Shown one piece after another: positions 28,764 through 37,478 of a stretch of 64,000 nucleotides of DNA (the stretch's first letter is position 1; each line of letters opens with the position of its first letter). The translations under genes and the position numbers were made by a program. The notes below the pieces were generated by a model, which was not told the origin of the DNA, made no database searches, and saw nothing but the letters and a program-made list of their open reading frames with translations. Source of the DNA: an uncultured Clostridia bacterium. Its GTDB lineage: Bacteria; Bacillota; Clostridia; Oscillospirales; Ruminococcaceae. Location: NCBI GenBank assembly GCA_947627205.1, contig CANQVE010000008.1, forward strand, positions 6,944-70,943, read 5' to 3'.

Positions 28764-28925
28764 ACATTGTAAAAGGGATCTCGACTCCGTCAGCGGATTG
28801 CAGACCTCCTGTTCCGAAAGGACAGTTGGCGGGAGCGTGAAACTGTCGGGCGACTTTACCCACCCTGCTATTTGCGGGTTTTATATTGCATCTTACGGCA
28901 AGGCGGTACTTTTAAAAATTACGCA
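28764..28925 (+). ncRNA. ssrS: Probable 6S RNA (ssrS)
   Basis: Downstream of TTGCAG..TGTTATAAT; contains GGGAG then ACCCACCCTGC..GCGGGTT..ACGGCA blocks typical of Firmicute 6S; 5'/3' arms partially complementary; ends approximate. Confidence 0.5.
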
Positions 28926-29108
28926 GAGGGGCATTTGCTCCGCTTTTTCGGGACAGCACTGTATAATAACCGTAAAAACGCTTGTTATACAAAACTGTTC
29001 GTAAAGTCACATCTGCGAAGCCGGCGGCAATGCAACACAGGCAAAGTTGCATTGCCGTTTTGGCGTTATGCGTTTTGAGCACAATAAACGGTCCGAAAGG
29101 AGGCCGCT

Positions 29109-29633
29109 ATGGCTGAATTTTATGAGATATTGGTAAAAGAACTTGAAAAGGCTTTTGTAAAGGAACTTTGGGAAATACGGCGCGCTGCGGGAGATGAAAA
29201 GATCTATGCCGCCGCGCTTTTAACGGACAGCAACTGTACTTCTGTTTCACTTTATGTAAATACCCTTGAACATCTTACCCGAACGCTCGGCGAAAACACT
29301 TCCGATGAGAAATTAAAATGGAAAATAGAAAGCTGGGGTTATTCGGACCGAATGAACGGCAGAAAAAGTCTGCTTTTAAAATCGTGTCAAATGCTTTCAA
29401 TTCATGACAAAAAGGATCATGACGAGCACATGAGAATGCGGGATGTGTTTATTGAAACGGCGGTTTCGGCATTCAGGCGGGCAATACTTAAACACCCGCT
29501 GACGGCAGACACCGATGATGTGACCTATTACATCTCTATTTCGGACAGCGACGAGGCGAAAAGGCTCGAAAACTTTTCCTCGAAAATGCTTAATTCAAAA
29601 GCAGTGTACAAGGAATTTTTCAAAAGGTCATAA
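29109..29633 (+). CDS. DUF4303-like protein
   Basis: EKIYAAALLTD...SLYVNTLE...KWKIESW...YYISISD pattern; AGGAGG RBS. Confidence 0.55.
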   Translation: MAEFYEILVKELEKAFVKELWEIRRAAGDEKIYAAALLTDSNCTSVSLYVNTLEHLTRTLGENTSDEKLKWKIESWGYSDRMNGRKSLLLKSCQMLSIHDKKDHDEHMRMRDVFIETAVSAFRRAILKHPLTADTDDVTYYISISDSDEAKRLENFSSKMLNSKAVYKEFFKRS

Positions 29634-29668
29634 AGTAAACGGCACTACAACTTCCGAATGGTGAACAA

Positions 29669-30028
29669 ATGAAAGCAAAGTATTATATAAAGCAGATAAT
29701 TATTCTTGTGGTGTGGTTTCTGGCAATGGCATGGCTGGTATACGATCTTGTAAAAGATGAAGCAGAACTTAGGAATGTACTTGCAGATGACGATTATCCG
29801 AGATACATTGAAAGCGCGCCGGAAGCCGTAACATTTCCTATAAACATAAACACCGCAACTTTGCGCGAGCTTAAAGCCATTGAGGGTATCGGCACAGCAA
29901 AAGCCGAAGCCATAATCGGCTATCGCGAGGAAAACGGCGGTTTTTCATCTGTTGACGAGCTTATAAACGTAACAGGCATAGGAAAGGCAACTCTTGAAAA
30001 GATAAGGAAATATGTTACTGTCGGGTGA
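29669..30028 (+). CDS. comEA: ComEA-like helix-hairpin-helix DNA-binding protein (short form)
   Basis: N-terminal TM; ININTATLRELKAIEGIGTAKAEAIIGYREENGGFSSVDELINVTGIGKATLEKI. Confidence 0.8.
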   Translation: MKAKYYIKQIIILVVWFLAMAWLVYDLVKDEAELRNVLADDDYPRYIESAPEAVTFPININTATLRELKAIEGIGTAKAEAIIGYREENGGFSSVDELINVTGIGKATLEKIRKYVTVG

Positions 30029-30035
30029 ATAACAG

Positions 30036-30070
30036 CTCTAGAGGTAAGAGGTTAAACTCTTGCCTCTAAC
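30036..30070. repeat. Short TAAGAGG-heptamer hairpin
   Basis: CTCTAGAGGTAAGAGGTTAAACTCTTGCCTCTAAC after the comEA stop. Confidence 0.55.
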
Positions 30071-30192
30071 CTTTTAAAACATTATACAAATTATTTCAGT
30101 CACACCCATACATGTATATTGTCGGATAAAAACCAAAAAACCGAATATCAACATACCTGTCTGCAATTAAATAAAGTTGTTTTATATTAAAA

Positions 30193-31587
30193 TTACTGTC
30201 CTTTCAGCTTTTCAGCAATATTTTTAAAGAAAGGCTTAATTCCTGCATATATAGGCAAATATAATTTATTCAGCTTTTCGTTTAAAGCATCTGACACATC
30301 AAGCAATGCGGATATGTCTGTTTTCTTTTTATGAGACAGGAATGGGGACATAAACATAACGGCGGTTTGTGAAAAAATCGCCGCGGCAGCGGCTTGAAAA
30401 TCCCCTTGCTCTTTTTTTATTTTATCAATAAACCGTGTAATGTTGTCCATATATATTTCCCCAATGTCCGCCGCCTCTTTTCCGTCCTTTGTAAACAGCA
30501 GACTGAGCAATGCGGGAGCCGACGCCATAATTATTCCCTTTACCGTATCTTTTGCTGAAACAAAATCGCCGTTGACAGGGACAGTTGAATTGCCTAAGAT
30601 CCTTTGCAGTATGCTCATTATGCTTAGTGTTATGTACTGCCTTTCCGACGGCTCAATTGCCATTATAGTGTGTGACAGGTTTTGCATATATTGTGATATA
30701 TCCCCCTGGACATCTTGTTCATTTAATCTTCCGTCATTGTCCGTAAGTGTTTCAACATAGTGGTAAGCAAAGGGACTGTCGCTAATATCCGGGGACTTTA
30801 AGAAATAGATCTGTTCCGCAGGTGCAAGCGGCTCGCCTAAAACATTGACAAAATCGTTATCAGCGGAAAAGCTGTATATTTTTCTTCTGCGCTCTTCAAA
30901 AGATTTGCCGAATTTTTTCTTGAACATTGTCATTGCCTCAGGCGAAAATCCCTGACCGTCAAAGCTGATACACATATCAGCAAAGCGGGAATTTATCGTG
31001 ACGAACTGTGCCTTATTGCCTCCCTTTGAGTGTCCTGAAAGTATTATGCGCGTATTTTCGTTCCAGCCGTTTTCCCCGCATATCCTGCTGAACCAGTTTA
31101 AAGCCTCAGCTTGTTGGTCGGTGGCATAATCCTTTTCAACGGCGGCAGTGTATAGGAGCTGACCGAATTTATCGTATTTTTCATACAGATTGTATTCGGG
31201 TATGCCGGACAAACTTTCCCCGTTATCTATCCATTCACCCGCACCTGTACCTGCGAAAATTACATAAACCGTTCCCGTGCCGTGAACAAAGGTGCAGGCT
31301 TTCATTCCGCCGTTTTTGTTGTTGTAGTCTACGGCAAAGTTTCCTATTACCGAATTTGCAAGCGCATTGTCTGCCATGCAGGCTTTTTGTATTATTTCAG
31401 AACGCTTTTCAAATTGAGACTTTTCCATTTCTTTTAAAGTGCTTGTATCCATGTTTTTCAGGTCAGACGCAATATCCGAAAGTTTGTCTCCGTTCCTCAC
31501 ATTTTCAGAGGTCAGAAGATATAAAAAAATATTGTAGACAATTGCCGTGTTTGCAATATTCAAAACTGATTTATCAATATTGTTCAA
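30193..31587 (-). CDS. Mbeg1-like/DUF2974 alpha/beta-hydrolase (lipase-like)
   Basis: YVIFAGTGAGEWIDNG, nucleophile elbow LSGHSKGGNKAQF, SFDGQGFS, DFVNVLG; TTG start behind GAGGGGGG. Confidence 0.8.
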   Translation of the reverse strand: MNNIDKSVLNIANTAIVYNIFLYLLTSENVRNGDKLSDIASDLKNMDTSTLKEMEKSQFEKRSEIIQKACMADNALANSVIGNFAVDYNNKNGGMKACTFVHGTGTVYVIFAGTGAGEWIDNGESLSGIPEYNLYEKYDKFGQLLYTAAVEKDYATDQQAEALNWFSRICGENGWNENTRIILSGHSKGGNKAQFVTINSRFADMCISFDGQGFSPEAMTMFKKKFGKSFEERRRKIYSFSADNDFVNVLGEPLAPAEQIYFLKSPDISDSPFAYHYVETLTDNDGRLNEQDVQGDISQYMQNLSHTIMAIEPSERQYITLSIMSILQRILGNSTVPVNGDFVSAKDTVKGIIMASAPALLSLLFTKDGKEAADIGEIYMDNITRFIDKIKKEQGDFQAAAAAIFSQTAVMFMSPFLSHKKKTDISALLDVSDALNEKLNKLYLPIYAGIKPFFKNIAEKLKGQ

Positions 31588-31737
31588 AAAAACACCCCCC
31601 TCTGCATATTATACGCGAAATGCCTTAACATTGACCAAACAAAATGTCAATCTAGATAGCTATGCCTTGAAGTAATGATAATAAAACACCCTGCCGTTGT
31701 CTGAACTTTTGGAGTTCGGATTACGGCAGGTGTCCGC

Positions 31738-31850
31738 TTGACATATTGCAGGCGATATGGTATAATAATCACAAGGCGATTATTATATGTTTATGTCCAC
31801 GCACATCCGCAAAATTTTTTACAAAATTTTGCTCCGTGCGGTAATGGACA
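31738..31850 (+). promoter_or_regulatory. Sigma-A promoter + long-hairpin leader cassette (copy 2)
   Basis: TTGACA-17-TATAAT then TGTCCACGCACATCCGCAAAATTTTTTACAAAATTTTGCTCCGTGCGGTAATGGACA; near-identical to 17470-17584. Confidence 0.75.
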
Positions 31851-31892
31851 ATTATATCATAAAGTAAAATTTAAATTAAAGGAGAAGTTAAA

Positions 31893-34286
31893 ATGGCTGA
31901 CGAAAATTTTCAAAAGATTTATAATCATTATGAGGGCGAAGCAAATAATAAGATAAGTTTTTATGTGACTGTCATTAAAGATTGGAATAAGCGCAGGGCA
32001 CAAATTACGGAGCAAATGACATTGGACGACTACATAGAACTTGTTGACTTTTTGGGCAATAAGTCAGGGGCGTTTGTTGAACTTAGTTCCCGTAATCCCG
32101 AACACTATATGATTTATAAAGATAAAGATGATGATAAATATAAAGATGATGATAAATATAAAGATAAAGATAATGATATATATTCCGTATCTAAGACGTA
32201 TTATACACCCGAAGAGTTAGAGACAAAAAATGCAGAAAATAAAAAGAGCAAAACTGTTAAGGTTAATAATGCTGAAGCTGAAAAAATTTTTAATGAACAT
32301 ATTCGCCCTTTGCTGAAGCTGGTTATCGATGCGTTTAATGAAAACGGATTTAAAGAGAATAAGACATTAGAAGATAGTTTATTAGACAACATAAAAGCTA
32401 GTATAACTAATATTATAACTAAACTGCAAAAATCTATTAATAATAAAACGTCGGATGAAATCAAAAAGAAAAAGGAAGCTATTATAAAAGCGTTGGAAAC
32501 AGCTAAAAATGAAGCAACCAAAGGAAATATAAAAACTAAACTCGTTAAAATGTCTGATAATAAAGACTATAATACAATAAACAAAAATATAAAAGAGATA
32601 ATATCTGAAATAGAGGAGATTGAAAATTTACTTAAACCCCCCACAGGTCCCACAGGTTTGAATGCTCTCGATCTTGTTCAGCACACTAAGCTCTATAAGG
32701 ATTACAGCGGAAAACAGCTGATCATAAAAATAATGGTTCTGGAATCTGCAAGATATGAATTGGTTCCCGAAAATGATAAAGGTAAATTTCCCGAAGAACT
32801 CAGATTCGCACTGCCGATTATACTTGAAAACGGTACAATAACCAGCCTTTATAAAAAACACGTTTCTGAAAACGATAAAGGTTTGACAACAACAAGAAAA
32901 TCTGCCGAAATTTTTAAAACGTTTAAAGAAAAATTGAAAAAAAAGTCCGCAGACAACCTCGAAAATAAACCCGCAGAAGCCACTGCAGAAACCCCCGGAG
33001 AACCCTCCGCAGAATTTAAACAATATGTTGCAATAGGCTATGTGCTTTGGGATATGGAACGCGGAGATATACTTGACGTTACGGACGAAACGCCGAACGT
33101 TATATACTACGGAAGTCCGGGAACAGGAAAAACTTATACCGTGACGCAGGGCATTAAAATGAACTTGATTTCTGACGGTAAGGGTGATAAAGAGAAAGAT
33201 TATTCGGTAACAGTTCAGTGCCACCCGGGATTTGGCTATGAAGAATTTGTAGAGGGACTTAAACCCGTTGGTTTTACAAGCAACGGCACGCTGAAGCTCG
33301 AACCGGTAAACGGAACTTTTAAAAACCTCTGTATTAGGGCAAGAAAACACCTAAACGAAAAATATTATTTTGTTGCCGACGAAATAAACCGCGCTAATCT
33401 TTCGGCTATGTTCGGAGAAACTCTCTCACTTCTGGAAACTGATTACAGGGATTTCAGAGAGCCAAGTGATAATAAGGTTGAACGCCAGACTATACGCAAG
33501 ACTATAGAAACCCCCATGTCACAGCTTACTGCGGTGTATTTCAACGATAAAATCAAGACTGCAAACGGCGACCAGTCTGTACTTAAAGAGATACTTGATG
33601 ACATCAGGGAAAAAGTCTACGAATGCGATTTGATATTCGGCGAGGGCGATAATAACAAGTGCAAACTTTCGGATTTGGATTGCAATGACAACGAGAAAAA
33701 AGCAAAAGCCCAAAAATTGGCGGGAAATCCTGAAAAGCTGGAGAAAATTGAAAACGTAGAATTCGGAATACCGAAGAACATTTACTTTATCGGCATGATG
33801 AATGACGTTGATAAAAGCATTGACGCGTTTGACCTTGCTCTGCGCAGGCGTTTCAAGTGGATAAGAAAAGACTGCGACTATGGAGTTCTGGAGAGTATGC
33901 TGGCAGATTGCGAAGCTGATTCAAAGATAAGATTCCGCAATGCATGCGAAAATTTGAACAACAGTATATCGGGCGGTGAATTGCGATTCGGGAAACCGTA
34001 TGAATTCGGTCACGCCTACTTCATGAAAATCAAGAATTATGTTAAAACAGACGGCGAGATAACAAAGGACTGCGTTAAAAAATTCTTTGCCGAACATCTT
34101 GAACCCGTTTTAAGAGAATACATCAGGTCTTTCAAAGATGAAAGCGAGATAGATTTACAGGTTAAAAGAATAAAGACAGCTTTTCTGAATGATATTGAAG
34201 AAGAAACAGGATTTGCGCCAGCTGACAGCACAGACCAACAGCAGAGTGATGATAACGATAAAAATGACGAAAAACCCGAAGAATAA
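31893..34286 (+). CDS. mcrB: McrB-family AAA+ GTPase with ~400-aa unrecognised N-terminal region
   Basis: YYGSPGTGKT Walker A, CHPGFGYEEFVEG, VADEINRANLS..FGE, MMNDVDKSI (NxxD), LALRRRF, FGHAYF. Confidence 0.85.
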   Translation: MADENFQKIYNHYEGEANNKISFYVTVIKDWNKRRAQITEQMTLDDYIELVDFLGNKSGAFVELSSRNPEHYMIYKDKDDDKYKDDDKYKDKDNDIYSVSKTYYTPEELETKNAENKKSKTVKVNNAEAEKIFNEHIRPLLKLVIDAFNENGFKENKTLEDSLLDNIKASITNIITKLQKSINNKTSDEIKKKKEAIIKALETAKNEATKGNIKTKLVKMSDNKDYNTINKNIKEIISEIEEIENLLKPPTGPTGLNALDLVQHTKLYKDYSGKQLIIKIMVLESARYELVPENDKGKFPEELRFALPIILENGTITSLYKKHVSENDKGLTTTRKSAEIFKTFKEKLKKKSADNLENKPAEATAETPGEPSAEFKQYVAIGYVLWDMERGDILDVTDETPNVIYYGSPGTGKTYTVTQGIKMNLISDGKGDKEKDYSVTVQCHPGFGYEEFVEGLKPVGFTSNGTLKLEPVNGTFKNLCIRARKHLNEKYYFVADEINRANLSAMFGETLSLLETDYRDFREPSDNKVERQTIRKTIETPMSQLTAVYFNDKIKTANGDQSVLKEILDDIREKVYECDLIFGEGDNNKCKLSDLDCNDNEKKAKAQKLAGNPEKLEKIENVEFGIPKNIYFIGMMNDVDKSIDAFDLALRRRFKWIRKDCDYGVLESMLADCEADSKIRFRNACENLNNSISGGELRFGKPYEFGHAYFMKIKNYVKTDGEITKDCVKKFFAEHLEPVLREYIRSFKDESEIDLQVKRIKTAFLNDIEEETGFAPADSTDQQQSDDNDKNDEKPEE

Positions 34287-34298
34287 AAGGATCGTGAT

Positions 34299-35768
34299 AT
34301 GGCAAAAGATATAAAAACATTTAAGGAATCTGCAAACAGCAATTTCTATAAACCGCCGTCAGCTGACAAGCTGAAAAAATCCAACTCGGGTTTGACAGGG
34401 TTGCTTAATAAGATATACGGCAGTCCTAAAGCGCAGAAATTCTATGTTAAAGGTCAGGGAGATTTTGAAAAGCGCGGATATAAACTTTTTGAACTTCAGT
34501 CTTTTGAAAGCAACGGTTTTTCAAAGAATTACGATGAAAGCCGTCTTGTATATGAATTGGCAATAACTGCGGACGAAGACAACAATTCAAAAAATTATTA
34601 TTATTTCAAAACAGGTCTGTATACGGGTTTTTTATACATCACCGTGAAAGACGAACGTTTATGCCTTGAGATCGATACGGGATACAGTGATATTTTCTTT
34701 CGGAGAATGTTGAACGTTGCGAATAATGTCTTTCTGGACAACACTTCAAGCGGTGCAAAAAGCGCAAAAGCAAATTCTCTGACAGGTCTGGTTAGCTTTA
34801 TGTTCCTTTCGAGATTTAAATCCGCATTTGCTATGGGTATGCCGTCTGAGTATAAAACTATAAACGAACACGGTTTTAACGTAAAGGGAAAGATCGACGT
34901 TAAAAAGTACATTCAAAAGGATATGCTTCTGGGCGGGGCGCTGTCGTATTCTTACAAACAGAGGCAATACGTTCAGGACGTGATCGACGTGCTGTATCTT
35001 GCAATGAAAACACTAAAGGAATCGGGCGAGATAAACACGGCGGATTATGAGAAATATTACCGCGAATTAAGACAAATGCGCTCAGATAAAACGGTGACGC
35101 ACGCCACTATTCACAATATCAGAAAACACCGTTCTCTTAATAATCCTTTGTACAACAGGTATAAAACTGCGCTGTACTTTGCGGAAATGGTTCTTGAAAT
35201 GAAAGAGGTATTTCATAACGACGAAAGCAGTGAAATGGGCTTTTCGGGATTTTTGCTCGACATTTCCCAGCTTTGGGAAGTATACCTTGTAAATCTGCTT
35301 AGGAAGCGTTTTGATAATGAGTATAATATATTAGCGCAGGAAGAACTCGAACTGTATAACGACGCTTTCTACAAAAGAACCAACAGACCTGATATTGTAA
35401 TTGAAACAAAGGACGGAGTGCCTGTTGCGGTGCTTGACGCTAAGTTTAAGAAAATGAATTATGATAAAGATGATGTTGACAGGGGCGATATGTTTCAGAT
35501 CCATTCATATACGGGATATTACAACGAACATAGCAAACTTACAGGAAACCCGCCCCTGCGTTTCAGCGCGCTTGTCTATCCGTCAAAAAGCGCCCCCGGT
35601 GTTCAGACATATTCGCCTTTATACGGTCTGAACAATGCCATAACTCAATTTGCGGTCGAGTATATATGTGTCAAAGATAATGACAACTTTGAAGATATTA
35701 AAAATTCTGAAGATGCGTTTCTTGACAGGATAGAACAGCTTCTTGAAAATAAGACCTCCGCGCTGTAA
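34299..35768 (+). CDS. mcrC: McrC-family PD-(D/E)xK nuclease subunit
   Basis: LLDISQLWEVYL, RPDIVI...VLDAKFK, DRGDMFQIHSY motifs; directly after mcrB. Confidence 0.82.
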   Translation: MAKDIKTFKESANSNFYKPPSADKLKKSNSGLTGLLNKIYGSPKAQKFYVKGQGDFEKRGYKLFELQSFESNGFSKNYDESRLVYELAITADEDNNSKNYYYFKTGLYTGFLYITVKDERLCLEIDTGYSDIFFRRMLNVANNVFLDNTSSGAKSAKANSLTGLVSFMFLSRFKSAFAMGMPSEYKTINEHGFNVKGKIDVKKYIQKDMLLGGALSYSYKQRQYVQDVIDVLYLAMKTLKESGEINTADYEKYYRELRQMRSDKTVTHATIHNIRKHRSLNNPLYNRYKTALYFAEMVLEMKEVFHNDESSEMGFSGFLLDISQLWEVYLVNLLRKRFDNEYNILAQEELELYNDAFYKRTNRPDIVIETKDGVPVAVLDAKFKKMNYDKDDVDRGDMFQIHSYTGYYNEHSKLTGNPPLRFSALVYPSKSAPGVQTYSPLYGLNNAITQFAVEYICVKDNDNFEDIKNSEDAFLDRIEQLLENKTSAL

Positions 35769-35808
35769 ATAAAACTCGGCGCGGAGATCTCTTTCGGGAA
35801 TTTATTCA

Positions 35809-36972
35809 TCAGTCAAGGTCCATTTCAATATCAACAGGTTTCGCTATATCTCCGCGAAGAGTATAATCGACCATAACTCTTATGCCGTCTTCTTCGGGGT
35901 AATATCTTTCGTTTGAAGTTACTATTTCAAAATCACTATAGAAATTCTCCTCAAAGAGGGCAATTTGTTTTTTAAGTTCCGAAACAGCGTTTTCGGGACT
36001 TCTTTTTATTTCTTTAGGAACATACTGCGTAAATATCTCCGTTCTTATTTTCACGTTTCCGTTTAATATCAGCTTTGTTTCCTCGGAATAAAGCGAGTTT
36101 TCGGCAAACGCTCTCCCGAAGAAAAGCGGATATTCGTCGTCGCCGAAAATAAGATAGCTAAAGCGTTTTTGTTCGCCCTCCGCGCGCAATACGGTTTCAC
36201 TGTATGGAACAAAAAACTCTTTTGTTTCAGAAAATTCTCCGATTATTTCCGCGTCCGAATGTATGAACATTGTCTTGGTTTCGCCGTCAAAGACCGTCCC
36301 CGAAACAAGCAGGTCGCCCTCATTCACGCCGCTTCCTACCGTAACGACCGAACCGCCTTTTCTTATGGTCTGCGAAATGATGACGGCAGAATGCGAAGCA
36401 ACGATATTTCTCGGATTTGTGCTTTCTATTTCGGGAGCGGGTATTCCTTTATGCACTTCAACTTTCAGCCTGAATCCCTCGCACGAAACGTCCGCCCATG
36501 CACAGTCGGGAACTTCGAGCATTATGCGCTGTTCGGCTTCGGAAAAGTTTATTTTTGAAACGCTCGTGCCTATTCCTATCCCGCATTCTTCGAGAATAGG
36601 ATTTATCTCGGCAGGCACTGCCTCGCCGTCATACTGTATGTCAATAACCTTTGTTCCGAAAATTGATATTATCAGGATAAACACAAGAAGCCCCACATAA
36701 AGCCCCGCTCTTGTGCGGTATTTATACAATGTGAAATACAATCCTTTCCGCTCTCCCGCGCGTATTCTTACGCCGTTTTTCCGCGCAAGAGAAGCGGTCT
36801 TGTAATAATCGAACGGCGACACTTCTCCGCTTATTTCCGCTCCCGAAACTCTGAGATTCCTTACGGGAATACCGCTGTCAATAATTGCCGTCAGGAGATT
36901 TTCCTGAAACCCGCCTATTCCCGAAAAACCGACCGTTCCGAAAAACAAGTCGGAACGCTTTTCTTTTTTCAT
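35809..36972 (-). CDS. yqfD: Sporulation protein YqfD
   Basis: Follows yqfC; TM, AWADVSCEGFRLKVEVHK, PRNIVASHSAVI, VNEGDLLVSG. Confidence 0.8.
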   Translation of the reverse strand: MKKEKRSDLFFGTVGFSGIGGFQENLLTAIIDSGIPVRNLRVSGAEISGEVSPFDYYKTASLARKNGVRIRAGERKGLYFTLYKYRTRAGLYVGLLVFILIISIFGTKVIDIQYDGEAVPAEINPILEECGIGIGTSVSKINFSEAEQRIMLEVPDCAWADVSCEGFRLKVEVHKGIPAPEIESTNPRNIVASHSAVIISQTIRKGGSVVTVGSGVNEGDLLVSGTVFDGETKTMFIHSDAEIIGEFSETKEFFVPYSETVLRAEGEQKRFSYLIFGDDEYPLFFGRAFAENSLYSEETKLILNGNVKIRTEIFTQYVPKEIKRSPENAVSELKKQIALFEENFYSDFEIVTSNERYYPEEDGIRVMVDYTLRGDIAKPVDIEMDLD

Positions 36973-37253
36973 GACTTTCCTCCCGAACAATTTAAGTCCA
37001 CGGAAGAAATTTTCCCCGTTATTTTAACTCCCCCTGCGCCAAAATTTTCGAGAACGAGAGGCGTTCCCGAAATGCGTATATCGGTTTTGCAAACGCAAAG
37101 CGTTATAAATTCCTCGTCGCAGGACAAGACTTTCCGACAGTTTTCAACGTATATCTCCGACATATCCGAGCTTGAATTCATGCGTATGGTTATCACACAT
37201 TCGCGCATCGAAAGCTCATCGAGCGCTATAAGTTTGTCGTATAATATTCCCAT
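36969..37253 (-). CDS. yqfC: YabP/YqfC family sporulation protein
   Basis: EIYVENCRKVLSCDEEFI...ISGTPLVLENF..GGVKITGKISSV. Confidence 0.75.
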   Translation of the reverse strand: MGILYDKLIALDELSMRECVITIRMNSSSDMSEIYVENCRKVLSCDEEFITLCVCKTDIRISGTPLVLENFGAGGVKITGKISSVDLNCSGGKS

Positions 37254-37318
37254 ATAAACACCCCTTTAAAATACTTGTCTATTTATATGCATACGGACAA
37301 GAAAATAGACCGTGTCGG

Positions 37319-37478
37319 CAGTATACAGTTGACGGGGTACAGTATCCAGTTAAGGTATCCGTTTCGCGGATAAAATAAAGATTATTTTATAATAAAAAGA
37401 GCGTAAACCTATCGCAGGCTTACGCTCTTTCCTCTAAAACTCTAGCCTCTTGCCTCTGAATTTCTAGCTTCTAGCTTC
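37319..37478. repeat. Hybrid heptamer-ended repeat (TACAG left end, CTAG right end)
   Basis: CAGTATACAG..GTACAGTATCCAG..GTATCCGTTTCGCGGATA..AAAAGAGCGTAAACCT..AGGCTTACGCTCTTTCCTCT..CTCTAGCCTCTTGCCTCTGAATTTCTAGCTTCTAGC. Confidence 0.75.

Noticed and set aside
28714-29078. ORFs 28714-29004 and 28872-29078
   Set aside because: No RBS or recognisable protein features; the region is better explained by a promoter, a 6S-like RNA and a downstream hairpin (29020-29065)
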